A stretch of DNA of 64,000 bases from the IMG/VR virus record IMGVR_UViG_3300021371_000011. One strand, given 5' to 3'. This document shows positions 17,706 to 28,968 of the stretch, piece by piece (positions within the stretch are counted from its first letter, which is position 1; each line of letters begins with the position of its first letter). Under the pieces are notes generated by a model. That model did not search any database, had not been told where the DNA came from, and saw only the letters and a program-made list of their open reading frames with translations. The translations under genes were made by a program, and so were the position numbers. This DNA is from an uncultured virus (IMG/VR IMGVR_UViG_3300021371_000011) (lineage: Duplodnaviria; Heunggongvirae; Uroviricota; Caudoviricetes).

Positions 17706-20700
17706 ACACCAAAACTATTAGAAGTACCCCTAACAGGTGCAGTAGCCCTATTTAGTTTTACGTCAATATTTTTAAGAATAACACTATTTCTATCCGAGTT
17801 ATCATTACCTGTGGCTGCCTTTCTTGTTATTTTTATGGTTAATTTATTACCCGATTCTATACCTGTCAATATAGTTTGTGGTATTAACTCTATTACTTTA
17901 TCCGTAGTATTAGTTTTTATTTCGTAGGTGTTTGATATTGTTTCACCCGTTTCTTGTACTAGAACAGTAGTGTATATTACTGCTGTTTTGTTCAATGTTG
18001 AGCCGGATGCGTGAGTTATTTCTCCTTGTATTAAAATACTTTTATCTATAACATCAACAGGTATAACAAACTCGGTTTGTAGCGTAGATTCAAAGGTAGT
18101 AGTTGTAGTAGTTTCGTTTAGTAAATCTACTCTACCTTTACCTGCTAACATATACCCGTCAGAAGTTATAGACGCATTACCGCTTGCTGTCTGTATGCTT
18201 ACATCCATACCTTCTATACCCTTTAATATACTTGGTACTTTAGGTGGTTTTTGTTGACCTAAGATACTAAACTTAGAATTATGACTAAGATTATCATTTA
18301 TCAAAGCCATTCTACCCTTTATATTACCGTAGGCTGTTTTACTAATTTTATTTATACCTTGATTCGGGTTAAAGTCTAATCTATCCGCACCACCTTTACT
18401 ATTATCATCTGCACCACCTTCCGGTTTTTGTCCGTCTTGGTTAATATCTTGTGAGGGTGTTGTTATGGGTGGAGTTATTGTTGTTGTCTGTTCCGGTGCG
18501 GCAGGGACATACCCTCTTGAATCTTGGTTTCCTACCTGTCTAGTCTTTCCGTCAGTAGGGAATAGATAACCCATTACCCCACCACTTCTTAAAGATTCAT
18601 CCCTTTCTAACTTAAAAGAAACATTTTCCTTTTTATTTGCTTTTATATCCCACGAAACTTCTTGTATAGTCAAAGTAGTGGCTGTATCTAAACCTATACC
18701 TGCGTCAGTATATGAAACATAAGTAGCGGGTATGTAAGATAGGTCATTAGTAATATTTATTCTTGGTGCATACCATTCATTTCTTTCTACGGTAAATCCA
18801 CCATACATTTCTGAATATTCTCTACCACCAAGAGGGAAAATGCTATTTGTATTTCCCGTTGTCAAAGTTATGCCTTGTATAGAGTTAGCGTTTTTTAGGA
18901 TATTAGCACTATCGGGGTCGCCACATCTATGACGTAGTAAAGCCCTACAATATTCTGCGTTAAAACTAACTACTATCTTAGCACTTGCTACCGCACCATA
19001 TCCACTAGGTATATCTATTTCATAAAACCCACTACGTTTTACATTCTTAGAAGTTGTAGCAGACAAAGTAGGTGCTTTATCTCTATCATTAGCGAAACTA
19101 TAATCAGCAAGATGTATTGTAAACTCGCAATCATCTATTGTAGAAGTTTGGGTTTTTAATGATATAAAGACTCTTAGTGATTCTCCGGTAGCACTACTTA
19201 CTTTTGGCGTAAAATTAGGTACATGAACAATCTGTAAAGCATAACTAAGAGATTTAGAGCCATACCAATAATAGTTATCATCCCAAGCCACATCACTAGC
19301 AGTATGAGTAAAGGCAGAATTACCATGTCTATTGTGTATATCCGTAGAAGTTTTCATATTACCGTCTAGTCCGTTAGTCATACCGGAAAACAAAACACCA
19401 CCTGTACCTAATCTAGTCCAAGAATTACCTTTATTAGTATTACCGGAATCATAATCACCATAACCCTGTAAGGCGATTTGCGGGTCAGAAATATAACCAA
19501 ATCTACCACTATCAATCATTTTATTTTTTGTTGCACCTTCTAGTATGGGTTCTGCTGTTATAGACATACGAGTTTCTTGGTTTTGGTTGTATGTTTTCTT
19601 CGCTACGGATTCGGCTTCTATACTTGATGTTATGTTTGGGTATTCTAATACTTTCCATCTAGTAGTATCTGTTAGATTTGTAGCGGGATAATCAACAAAA
19701 GCCTGTGAATTATTATAGTAAACACGAACATTTGTTATTTGACCTGCTACTTGTGTTTTTAGGTCAGATATTTTTAGGTTTTCTCTAGTAAAAACTAACC
19801 CACTATTGTACTTGGGTCTATACTCTATTCTACCATCTCTACCGACTAAGTAAGAAAAGGTCGTTTTAAGGCCGTTTGTTGAGCCGAAGCCACTCTTAGA
19901 CCTAATATCATTTATCGTGCTTAGAATCGTCTTAGTACGGCTATCTACGATACTTCCGTAGGTATCGTTGTTGGTAGTAGTGCCATCAGTAGTCATATTA
20001 GAAGTTATAGGTATATTATTTATGTCAAAAGCACATGATAATCTAGTCTTAGGCAACCAAGAGTCCATAAGTGCGGCAGACCATAGTAATCTAAACTTAT
20101 CACTATCATAAAAACTACCACTATTTTCACTTTTTATATCACCCTTGACATTCATAAGTAGTCTTAGCATAAAAGCACTACTAACAGTAGTGTGTACGGC
20201 TATCGAAGAGGCATCTATTGTACTACCTGCTATTCTTATACTTGTTTTTACTCCTAGATTAGTATTATTATTAACCCAAGTAGAAACATATTGAGTCCAT
20301 AAAAATCTTTCTAACTCAAACGGTGTATCTTTCAAGGAATCGGAAATAGTTGTAGCAGATGTTATATACACATTACTTAGTTGTACCGGAATTGTATAAT
20401 CATCTGTATTAGAAGCGTCAGAAGTCCAAGTACCACTAACAAGTATTGTATCTTCGTCTATTACCGATAATATGTTGTGTCTTGTACTATTCGTAGTATT
20501 CTTGATAACCATACCGTTAGTGATACCTTTTGTTATAAAAGTTTCTCCGGTCTTAGTAAGTGTTGTGTTAGGTGTAGGATAACTAGGGCTGTCCGAAGAA
20601 TCTACTGCTATTGCTGTATTGGAAACTGCTGTACCTAGTTTACCTGTCCAACAAAAATATAATTCTTGGGTATCATCTGAACCTTCTAAATCTGCTTGTA

Positions 20701-23700
20701 TTAAGCCTGTTCCCCTATCTGAAAAATTAGTAGTATCTTCTACGGGTATTCCGGCATCACCTACAAACAAACCCTCGTCTGCAAATGTTATATCTGATAA
20801 TAACCTTCTAGTGTTAGGGTGTTCTTGGTAGGGAGTAGCGGTTGTTTTGTAAGAGGAAATTGCTTCCGCATAGTAGTTATCTATCAAAGAAGGGAATCCG
20901 TGTACCGTTGCTACATAATCACCTAAGTTAGTATTACCACCGGAGATTTGACCCGTTGTACCTTTATTCACTAAGGTATTAAGGTTAAAGAAAGGCGAAG
21001 AATCTATAACTAAAAATGACCCCGCCTTATTTTCCCAATCGTGATATTTGGTATCTAATTCTTTTTCCGAGGCTGCTGCGGGTGCAACCATTATACTACC
21101 TACTGCTGCATTAGTATTTGTACCTGCACTAACACCTTGTAAAGTAATGCTAGTAGAGCCATTAATAGATGCTATTTGATAAGTACCATCATAGTGTAGA
21201 CTGTTATATACAGTAGCATAAGAACCTACTGTGTATCTTGATTCTGTAAGACCCTCTATTACTAATTGATTTGCCCCATAAGTAAAACTTGATACCGCCT
21301 CTCCTAAAGAATAATCGGGTGTCTTAGAAAATGCAGCCCCACTAACAGGCTCATTTGTCGCATCAACATTCCAAATATTTATATCTTGTCCTACCTTCAA
21401 AGACGCAAACTTATCTATATCTCCGTTAGTATCAGTTTGGTCTACATAATACAAAGAAACATCGTAGTTTTCCGATGTAGGGTATTGTAAGCCAAAGTCC
21501 TTTTTTCTAAAACTACCGTCTGCATCAGCCTTACCGTTATTTCTCATGTCAGCCCAAAGCAACCAAAGATGTTTATAATCGTTTGATATATCTAATATAT
21601 CCACTTTAAAATTACCACTTAAATTGGCTACCGAAGTAGCAACATAATCTATATATTTACAACCCACAAGATAATAATTACCACCACTAGATTGAATACC
21701 TTGATAAATAAATTGGTATCTCATGTGAGAGTTAGTAGAAAACTTACCTTTTATTTGGGCTACACCACTTGTTTTACCCGCATTAGAAAGAGTGGTATAA
21801 AGAGCAGATGTTATTTGTACCCATTTGTAATTAGTAGTGTCAATACCTGTATAATCACAAGAGCCTATTTCGGTTTCCTTTATGTTTCCATAGTGATATT
21901 GAAACCAAAGAGAATTAGGTAAATCTCTCATCCATCTAGCGTGTAGTGTTCTGTATTTGGCTGCTGTAAATGCCGAAGGTGCGGGAGTTATTACCCCCTT
22001 ATCGCTAGTCCATTCCTTTCTATCATTAAGTGTCTTAAGTCCTGTGTTGCTTGTATATGTACCAAACTCACCACTTGTATATGTTGTTGTTGTAGTTATA
22101 CACCAAATATATGTACTACTTAAAGTAGAAACGTCATAGTAGTTCAAAGTTTTTTTAGTAGATGCGACAACGTGCCTACCACTTTGTGTAGTTTCTGCCG
22201 CACCACCGATTGTTAATTTATTTACATAAAATACATCTCCCGAAGATAGTGCGGGGTCAGCATCAAAGAAAAATGTGACATATTCTGATGTTGGGTCAGT
22301 AGATTGTGGGTATTGGGTAGCCACTAATATTTGCCAATTACCGTAGCCTGTTATATTATCAGCAATAGTAGTATCAAAATCTACACCTGTATATTTACCT
22401 GCGTAAACTATACTTCCGTTGCCTATTTGACTAGCACCAAAAGGTAAATCAGTTTGTGAAAAACTTAGTGATGTTGCTGCTACACCACCTGCTACCGGAT
22501 TTATACCACTTGCATTGAAATTATCTGAGCCACTTATAGTTATACTGCTACTTGTGGTATATCCATGACCCGAAGGTACTTCAATAGTAGTTCTTTTAGT
22601 ACCTGTAATTAAAGTTTCGTGAAAAGTGTCTGCGTTTATACCTTCATATTGTTCCTCTAAACTATTAGGTCCTTTTTCACTTTCGTTATTATACATCTGT
22701 ATAGGATGACTTGAACCTAACTGCATTCTTTGGTTGGAAGTTTCTTCGTAAGAATCGTCTACATCAAAACCGATATTACTACTTAATACTTTTAGGGGTA
22801 AAGTACCTAGATTCATAATACTCTTAAAACCCTGTGCATCATAAAGCCAATATTCTGTGACTGCGTTTTCAGAATCATTAATACCTTTTTGGCCTATTTC
22901 CCAAAGAGGCACTTGTCTATCAAGAAGGCTTATATTATCGGTAGCGTTTAAATCTATACTTCTATCTCTACCTTTTTGTTTTATACTCATAGTATTTATT
23001 ACGCCTCTCCATACCGGCCTATCTATTCTAGGGTTTTGACTACCAAAAACTAACAAGGACCAATCTACAGGTGTTGAAGAAGAAAAAATACTTTTAAGGT
23101 TTAATAAATAATCTTGTTTTCTCATACCTAAGTTTAGGTTTTCCGTACCACCGCTTTCATAGTTAGGCATATCATTTATTTCTAAGTTAGCAGTTGAGAA
23201 ACCATTTAAGGGATAAGTAATTTTTAAAGATTGTATAGGTGTTTCATAACTTGAGTAATCTTCTGCATCTGTTAAATATCTAACTAAGCCCACCCTATCT
23301 ACCATAAGAGTTGTACTACTACTACTACCCGATTTAGGTAGCAAAGTTAATTGAAATCCATACATATTTTCTGCTGTTCTTGTTTCGTCAAACGCTGTGC
23401 CTGTAATTTTTTTCTGTCCGTTAATATATACATCATAAGTTTGTGCTGTATAATTCATAACAAAATCAAAATCTATCCATGTATCATCATTAATAACATT
23501 CTGTGCTGTATTATTACCTATGTATTCAAATCCTAAAGCATCATACTCTATTGTACTACCACTATCCAAATCAATAGTTTTGCTTATTGCGGGATTTCCC
23601 CCGAACCCGTTAGAGATATTACTACTAGGAAAATCACTAGACTCAAAACCTAATTCAAAAAGTAGATTTAAGTCAATTTTACCATTATTAGTAGTAGCAC

Positions 23701-24532
23701 CATTAAATGCTCTTGCTGCTATTCTTGCGGTAAAAGTATCTCCATCTAATCTACTATTCAAAGAACCTTTATAGATTAAAGTAGGTTTAGTGCTACTACT
23801 ATTGTATGCAGAACGATATGTTTGTATAGCCAAAAAAGGTTGGCCCGATGGTGATACAACAGGTGCAAAAAGATTTTGTGGTGTAGTGCTTGTAGCATCC
23901 CATGTACCGGATTCGCCTAGTGTTTCTCCCATCCAAGTACCGACTAAATGACCCCTTTGCATAAAATCTCCATCAGCAATTATTTCACCTGCTACTTTAC
24001 TAACATAATTAGTAGTACCACCGGAATTGTAAAATGATTTCATATTTGTTCTACCTAGAGTAGAATCGTTATCTCCGGTAGGGATATAGTATTTACCTAA
24101 TGTATCATAACCATTTGAAAGTAAAAGATAATCTTCACTAGATACTGTGTTAAACTCATATCTATTAGCAACGTGTCCATCGGGATATTGTAGTTGCGCT
24201 CGACCTTCCCACTTTTCGGGTTTTTGTCTTGAAGTATCATAAGACAACCACTCAAAAAGACCGTTATTCTTAAGGTATTGGTTGTCGGTAGTACTTAAAA
24301 AATTAGTACCATAAGAACCAATTCTATTTCTATCTGCTATACTAAATCTATATCTAGGATTTAGTGTTGCTTCTCCATTCATAGGATTTCCAAAATGACT
24401 TGCTGTTATAGAATAATCACTAGATATATTAGGATAGTTATTATCATCGGGTATAGCCCTAGCACTATTAAAGTCATCGTAATAGCCCGCAAGCCAAACC
24501 CCATACATACTAGATACTTTTCTTACCATCAA
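17699..24532 (-). CDS. Giant tail tip/baseplate or host-recognition protein (2277 aa)
   Basis: Follows the tape measure; beta-rich, S/T/G/N-rich; hub-like segments VWRGVINTMSI..DLNATD and ITNVRVYY. Confidence 0.7.
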   Translation of the reverse strand: MMVRKVSSMYGVWLAGYYDDFNSARAIPDDNNYPNISSDYSITASHFGNPMNGEATLNPRYRFSIADRNRIGSYGTNFLSTTDNQYLKNNGLFEWLSYDTSRQKPEKWEGRAQLQYPDGHVANRYEFNTVSSEDYLLLSNGYDTLGKYYIPTGDNDSTLGRTNMKSFYNSGGTTNYVSKVAGEIIADGDFMQRGHLVGTWMGETLGESGTWDATSTTPQNLFAPVVSPSGQPFLAIQTYRSAYNSSSTKPTLIYKGSLNSRLDGDTFTARIAARAFNGATTNNGKIDLNLLFELGFESSDFPSSNISNGFGGNPAISKTIDLDSGSTIEYDALGFEYIGNNTAQNVINDDTWIDFDFVMNYTAQTYDVYINGQKKITGTAFDETRTAENMYGFQLTLLPKSGSSSSTTLMVDRVGLVRYLTDAEDYSSYETPIQSLKITYPLNGFSTANLEINDMPNYESGGTENLNLGMRKQDYLLNLKSIFSSSTPVDWSLLVFGSQNPRIDRPVWRGVINTMSIKQKGRDRSIDLNATDNISLLDRQVPLWEIGQKGINDSENAVTEYWLYDAQGFKSIMNLGTLPLKVLSSNIGFDVDDSYEETSNQRMQLGSSHPIQMYNNESEKGPNSLEEQYEGINADTFHETLITGTKRTTIEVPSGHGYTTSSSITISGSDNFNASGINPVAGGVAATSLSFSQTDLPFGASQIGNGSIVYAGKYTGVDFDTTIADNITGYGNWQILVATQYPQSTDPTSEYVTFFFDADPALSSGDVFYVNKLTIGGAAETTQSGRHVVASTKKTLNYYDVSTLSSTYIWCITTTTTYTSGEFGTYTSNTGLKTLNDRKEWTSDKGVITPAPSAFTAAKYRTLHARWMRDLPNSLWFQYHYGNIKETEIGSCDYTGIDTTNYKWVQITSALYTTLSNAGKTSGVAQIKGKFSTNSHMRYQFIYQGIQSSGGNYYLVGCKYIDYVATSVANLSGNFKVDILDISNDYKHLWLLWADMRNNGKADADGSFRKKDFGLQYPTSENYDVSLYYVDQTDTNGDIDKFASLKVGQDINIWNVDATNEPVSGAAFSKTPDYSLGEAVSSFTYGANQLVIEGLTESRYTVGSYATVYNSLHYDGTYQIASINGSTSITLQGVSAGTNTNAAVGSIMVAPAAASEKELDTKYHDWENKAGSFLVIDSSPFFNLNTLVNKGTTGQISGGNTNLGDYVATVHGFPSLIDNYYAEAISSYKTTATPYQEHPNTRRLLSDITFADEGLFVGDAGIPVEDTTNFSDRGTGLIQADLEGSDDTQELYFCWTGKLGTAVSNTAIAVDSSDSPSYPTPNTTLTKTGETFITKGITNGMVIKNTTNSTRHNILSVIDEDTILVSGTWTSDASNTDDYTIPVQLSNVYITSATTISDSLKDTPFELERFLWTQYVSTWVNNNTNLGVKTSIRIAGSTIDASSIAVHTTVSSAFMLRLLMNVKGDIKSENSGSFYDSDKFRLLWSAALMDSWLPKTRLSCAFDINNIPITSNMTTDGTTTNNDTYGSIVDSRTKTILSTINDIRSKSGFGSTNGLKTTFSYLVGRDGRIEYRPKYNSGLVFTRENLKISDLKTQVAGQITNVRVYYNNSQAFVDYPATNLTDTTRWKVLEYPNITSSIEAESVAKKTYNQNQETRMSITAEPILEGATKNKMIDSGRFGYISDPQIALQGYGDYDSGNTNKGNSWTRLGTGGVLFSGMTNGLDGNMKTSTDIHNRHGNSAFTHTASDVAWDDNYYWYGSKSLSYALQIVHVPNFTPKVSSATGESLRVFISLKTQTSTIDDCEFTIHLADYSFANDRDKAPTLSATTSKNVKRSGFYEIDIPSGYGAVASAKIVVSFNAEYCRALLRHRCGDPDSANILKNANSIQGITLTTGNTNSIFPLGGREYSEMYGGFTVERNEWYAPRINITNDLSYIPATYVSYTDAGIGLDTATTLTIQEVSWDIKANKKENVSFKLERDESLRSGGVMGYLFPTDGKTRQVGNQDSRGYVPAAPEQTTTITPPITTPSQDINQDGQKPEGGADDNSKGGADRLDFNPNQGINKISKTAYGNIKGRMALINDNLSHNSKFSILGQQKPPKVPSILKGIEGMDVSIQTASGNASITSDGYMLAGKGRVDLLNETTTTTTFESTLQTEFVIPVDVIDKSILIQGEITHASGSTLNKTAVIYTTVLVQETGETISNTYEIKTNTTDKVIELIPQTILTGIESGNKLTIKITRKAATGNDNSDRNSVILKNIDVKLNRATAPVRGTSNSFGVQ

Positions 24533-24538
24533 AACACC

Positions 24539-27500
24539 TTAACTACTCGCAAATGAGATTCCTCTTTGATTACCGCCTCTTTCTATCTCATCCAATATTT
24601 GATTTGCTACTTCGGTAGTAGTCATACCATTAAAAGTATTACTCATAATTACTTCTGTAGTAGTTATAAGGGTTTCTACCCCCTGTTGTACTACTTGTTT
24701 AACTAGATTTCCGGTTAAATTATCAGAAGAAAATCCGTAGAATAATTCTTCTCTAGCATTAGCAAACTCATGCAAAGCATCCGAAGCCTCTTCGTAGCCA
24801 TCTACTATCATACCTAAAGTGTTTTGTTCTGCACTACTAAGTATTTCTAAACCGGATTCAATACCTTCTAGGAAATTAAGCCAATCTTGTTCACTCTCTA
24901 TATTTCTTTCTTTAAGTAAAGTACCAAACTCGTCATTATCTTTTAATATTTTATCCATTTCTGATTTTAAATCTTTTCTAGCATCAACAATATTTTTACC
25001 ACCTGCTGAATCACCCTCTCTTAGACCGTAAGTAAAACGATTATAACTTTGCTTTAAAAATTGTTCTGCGCCGTAAAATCCGCCCCCGCTATCTGCTAAA
25101 AATCCTGTGCCAAACTCTTTATCAATTCTTGATAATTGGTCTTTTGCCGCAAAATAATCGTCTACTGCACTTTGATTAAAAGTACCGGCTTCTTTTTGTG
25201 CTATGACTAATTGGGCCTTTTTAATATCTAAAAGACTTTGTTCTAATCCTAATTCTGTGTGTAGTTGTTCAATTTTTGCTTTAGTTACCGTATCTTCTAC
25301 TTTTTTAAGACTATTTAAAGTTGATTGTTTTTCTACTATTGAGGATGTAAGGCTATCAATAGTATGCGTTTCATCTTTTAACAAATCTATTAATTCGGCT
25401 GTACTTGCTTTATATTTATCCATAGATTCTAAATCACTTTCAAAATCTAAATTATCCATATCTCCCATAAACCCTAAAAACTCTAAAACTTCAACAACGG
25501 CCATAGCCGCTAAAGCCATAGCCAAATATTGAGGGACTGCCGCCATAACAGCCCTACTAGATGCTATAATTGACGTAGCGGCGGCTTGTGCTGATTTACC
25601 TACTGCTGCAAAAGAAGTAGCACTAAATATATTACCTTTAGTATTTATTCCGGTAATAATAGTATCTTTTTTAGTTGCTTCGCTTTTTAATCTCATAGCA
25701 TTTAATTGTACTAACATAGCGGCTGTATTTAATACTATACCAACCCTCATACTTTTTTGTCCTTTACCGAATAACATAAATCCTGTTCCTACAGCACCCA
25801 TTTTCATAGTAAGATTATTCATAACACTTGCGTGTGCCGCAGTATCAGAAAGCATTTGTTTTCTTTTGTTTTCTTTTTCTATATCACTCGCTAAATTATG
25901 ACTACCTATTGTGCTTGTCAATTCATCATACTTAGCATCTAACATATCTAATGCTTGACCTGTTTCTAATTTTTTCTTGTTATTAATTTCTATAACATCA
26001 CTATTATGTAATATTGCTTTACTTTGTTTATGTAGTTTGTCTGTTTCTCTATCTATTTGGCCCTGTCTTGCTAGTCCTTTAGTAGACCTTCCACTTGGGT
26101 TATCTCTCATCTTTCTTTTTCTTGCTTGTTCTAATTCTCTACTTTCTGCTTTTAGTGCTATAATTTTGTTTTTTATAGCAATAACTTCTTCTCTACTTGT
26201 AAAAACCGACTTTATATCATCCATAGTTTTATCAACAACGGCTTGTTCTAATTTTTCAGTTTCAAAAGTTTGCATTTTTAATTGGTCTGTTATATTTTGA
26301 ATACTAGCAGAATAGTGCATCATTTGTGCTGTGCCTGTAGAATATGCCGCCGCTTTATTACCATAAGCATCTTGATTAATTAACTCATCACCGGCTAAAG
26401 CCCTTACAACAGATTGATATGTCCCCATAGCAACAGTAAGCATTTGTAGATTTACCATAGTATTAAACATAGGGGCTACTGCTGTAGTTAATGTTTGTCC
26501 AAAACTAGCCATTTTACCTACTAAATCACCTATACCCCTTGTTCCTAAAAACATAGCAATTTCAGCATTTAAATCTGCTTGTCTTTCTGTTGCTTCTGTT
26601 AAAGCAGGTATCATAGAATTACCAATTGCACCGGACATATTTTTAAGCCTTGCTTCTGCTTGTTCTAATTGGAATAAATCTGTTTGTCTCCTTCTATTTA
26701 TTTCCTCTAAAGCCGGAGATAATCGCATGGTTGCTTCAAACTCTAACTCTAAAGCCCTGTTATAGTTTTCGCTTAACTTTAAAAATCTTGTGTAATGTCT
26801 ATTACCTGCTACCTTTTGGGCTAAAGTAGTTTTTTCGTGGTCCTCTAATGTAGGGTATATTTTATTTAAATCTCCCATTATTTCTGAAAGACTTCTTAAG
26901 TTTTCATTTTCGTCATGTGTAGCAATACCTAATGCGTGGAATGCTTCTGCCGCACCATTTGTATTAGCACCTAACCTAGCATATATCATACGCAAGGCTC
27001 TACCACCCTTACCTTGTTCCTCACCTGCTTCAATAAGAACAGCAGACTGAGCCGCCATAGCCGCTATACTTTCACCTGTAAGGTGAGCCTGTGAAGCGAA
27101 CTGATTCATAACATAAGTAATCTGTTCCATAGTAGAAGCAGACCTATTTTCAATTGTGTTAAGTTGGTCTAGTACCCTAATAGAGTTTTGTCTAATAGCA
27201 TCTATTCTTTGTTGTTCGGTAGCGTTTTCTTGTATTCCTTCGGTCATAAACTTAGTCTGTTGTTGTAAGTTAATCATACGCTGCATGGCTGCTTCTGTTT
27301 CCATATTGCTTATCATACCAAATTGCATACCTACTTCTGTACCTACACCCATACTACCTGCGCCTAAAACACCTGTTAATTGTGCCATTCTTGCTGCTGC
27401 TTGAAATGTTTGGTCGGCTGAAAAACCAAACGCTAAACCTGTTGCTTGTATTTCGTTTTGTACCTTAGCAGTATCTTCTGTTACATTAAGAAACTTTTCT

Positions 27501-27796
27501 AATTCTATTCTTGCTGTTTCTATTTCTCTAGCAATAGGTGTCATGCTATTCATCATACCGGCAAATTGGTCGCCTATGGCTTGACCTGCCTCTTGTACAC
27601 CACTAATAGCGTCAAGCATAAGAGATTGAAACACTACGCTTGCAGTTTTAGCATCTTTAATTAATCTGTTTGCTTGGAACGTACCTACAACATCGAAGAA
27701 AACCCTAGATGCACCGGCTCTTAGAACAAGTAAAGTGACAGCGCATACAATAGGTATAAAACTTGTAAAATACCCTAAAAATAAATCATCTATCAT
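24539..27796 (-). CDS. Tail tape measure protein
   Basis: Helical, Ala-rich; TP901-like core (GEEQGKGGRALRMIYARL); follows the chaperone pair. Confidence 0.88.
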   Translation of the reverse strand: MIDDLFLGYFTSFIPIVCAVTLLVLRAGASRVFFDVVGTFQANRLIKDAKTASVVFQSLMLDAISGVQEAGQAIGDQFAGMMNSMTPIAREIETARIELEKFLNVTEDTAKVQNEIQATGLAFGFSADQTFQAAARMAQLTGVLGAGSMGVGTEVGMQFGMISNMETEAAMQRMINLQQQTKFMTEGIQENATEQQRIDAIRQNSIRVLDQLNTIENRSASTMEQITYVMNQFASQAHLTGESIAAMAAQSAVLIEAGEEQGKGGRALRMIYARLGANTNGAAEAFHALGIATHDENENLRSLSEIMGDLNKIYPTLEDHEKTTLAQKVAGNRHYTRFLKLSENYNRALELEFEATMRLSPALEEINRRRQTDLFQLEQAEARLKNMSGAIGNSMIPALTEATERQADLNAEIAMFLGTRGIGDLVGKMASFGQTLTTAVAPMFNTMVNLQMLTVAMGTYQSVVRALAGDELINQDAYGNKAAAYSTGTAQMMHYSASIQNITDQLKMQTFETEKLEQAVVDKTMDDIKSVFTSREEVIAIKNKIIALKAESRELEQARKRKMRDNPSGRSTKGLARQGQIDRETDKLHKQSKAILHNSDVIEINNKKKLETGQALDMLDAKYDELTSTIGSHNLASDIEKENKRKQMLSDTAAHASVMNNLTMKMGAVGTGFMLFGKGQKSMRVGIVLNTAAMLVQLNAMRLKSEATKKDTIITGINTKGNIFSATSFAAVGKSAQAAATSIIASSRAVMAAVPQYLAMALAAMAVVEVLEFLGFMGDMDNLDFESDLESMDKYKASTAELIDLLKDETHTIDSLTSSIVEKQSTLNSLKKVEDTVTKAKIEQLHTELGLEQSLLDIKKAQLVIAQKEAGTFNQSAVDDYFAAKDQLSRIDKEFGTGFLADSGGGFYGAEQFLKQSYNRFTYGLREGDSAGGKNIVDARKDLKSEMDKILKDNDEFGTLLKERNIESEQDWLNFLEGIESGLEILSSAEQNTLGMIVDGYEEASDALHEFANAREELFYGFSSDNLTGNLVKQVVQQGVETLITTTEVIMSNTFNGMTTTEVANQILDEIERGGNQRGISFASS

Positions 27797-28110
27797 GCTG
27801 CACTATCTCCACTCTCACCCTTTATAGGCATTCCGCTATCCTTAATCGCTTGTAGTACATCACCACCGTCTGATAAGTATTTTCGTTGCTCTCTTCTTTG
27901 GTTTCTACGGGCTACTGCGCCTTTAGCATCAGTCTTAGCATCTTTAGTTGCTTCGGATATTTTATCGCTTATTTCTGCCGCTACTATCATATCTAATTGC
28001 ATTTTATAAGACCCACCTTCGCAATCATACCTATCCCATAGGTCCGAGGGTAAGACCCCCTTGTACGCCATACATAGAGAGGGGGCTACTCTAATAAAGT
28101 CTATAAAGGG
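27793..28110 (-). CDS. Tail assembly chaperone T part, reached by -1 frameshift
   Basis: The -1 frame from slippery C CCT TTA is open into MAYKGV... Confidence 0.75.
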   Translation of the reverse strand, partial: PFIDFIRVAPSLCMAYKGVLPSDLWDRYDCEGGSYKMQLDMIVAAEISDKISEATKDAKTDAKGAVARRNQRREQRKYLSDGGDVLQAIKDSGMPIKGESGDSAA

Positions 28111-28451
28111 ACTGCGCCTTCGTCTACATCACCACGAACAAATTGTAGTATTTCATTTAACTCTTCAAAAGTTAAATCGTCTAAGTCTATATTTTCATCT
28201 AAGATACAGTTAGGAACCCACGCTTCTATTTGGTCGGTCATTCCTGCGCCCATTTCATCAAGCATACTAGCAAAATCTTCATTTTGTTCATCGGTCCATT
28301 CGCTAGGCTCACCCGCATGACGCATTTTTCTAAATGCTTGTGCTTGTAAATTAGTAATTTTTAGTTTAGCCATACCGGATGCCTGTTTGACCCATATTCT
28401 TGTTCCATCATTTAATTCTATTTCTTTTTTTAATACCGGCATTTCTATCAC
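28101..28451 (-). CDS. Tail assembly chaperone (gpG-like)
   Basis: Lies between tail tube and TMP; ends GTC CCT TTA TAG. Confidence 0.8.
   Translation of the reverse strand: MIEMPVLKKEIELNDGTRIWVKQASGMAKLKITNLQAQAFRKMRHAGEPSEWTDEQNEDFASMLDEMGAGMTDQIEAWVPNCILDENIDLDDLTFEELNEILQFVRGDVDEGAVPL
28104..28110 (-). other. Programmed -1 ribosomal frameshift heptamer C CCU UUA
   Basis: X XXY YYZ pattern in the last two sense codons of gpG. Confidence 0.8.
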
Positions 28452-28556
28452 TCCTTCTTTTTTCTTTTGGCTGTTCCGCCTCGCTTATCAGACGGATTGT
28501 TCCATCCTCTTTAATTTCCCAAACACCTAAAGTGTTTATGAAGGTATTCCTATCAG

Positions 28557-28805
28557 TCATTCTTCTTCATCTACTTTTGGCGTAAAAGAACGGGGTAATG
28601 CTTTCATTACTTTATCCCATCCTAAATCAATTGCTTCTTCTCTTGTTAAAGTGGTGTTTGCTACTATATGTCCTTTGAGTAAACCAAGACGATAACCTAC
28701 TTTTCTATCTGCTTCGTTAGCCCACCAAAACACATCTTCGGCAGAATGCTGCCCTAGTGCTGCTGCTAATACTTCTATATCATCTGTTGCTACAAGTACT
28801 CTCAT
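28557..28805 (-). CDS. Hypothetical protein
   Basis: 82-aa ORF with AGGTG RBS. Confidence 0.6.
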   Translation of the reverse strand: MRVLVATDDIEVLAAALGQHSAEDVFWWANEADRKVGYRLGLLKGHIVANTTLTREEAIDLGWDKVMKALPRSFTPKVDEEE

Positions 28806-28814
28806 TTTTACACC

Positions 28815-28952
28815 TTACTGTTTTTTAGATTTCTTAGCAGCCTTCTTTTTAGGTGCTGCTTTCTTTTTTCTCTCGATAAGTTTTTCAACTAATCTACCAT
28901 CTTTTATTTCTTTAGACCAAATGTTTCCTTCTTTATCTTTGTATGTTTCCAT
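28815..28952 (-). CDS. 45-aa lysine-rich microprotein (not in ORF track)
   Basis: METYKDKEG...KKKAAPKKKAAKKSKKQ; AGGTGA RBS. Confidence 0.55.
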   Translation of the reverse strand: METYKDKEGNIWSKEIKDGRLVEKLIERKKKAAPKKKAAKKSKKQ

Positions 28953-28968
28953 TTTACTCACCTTATGT

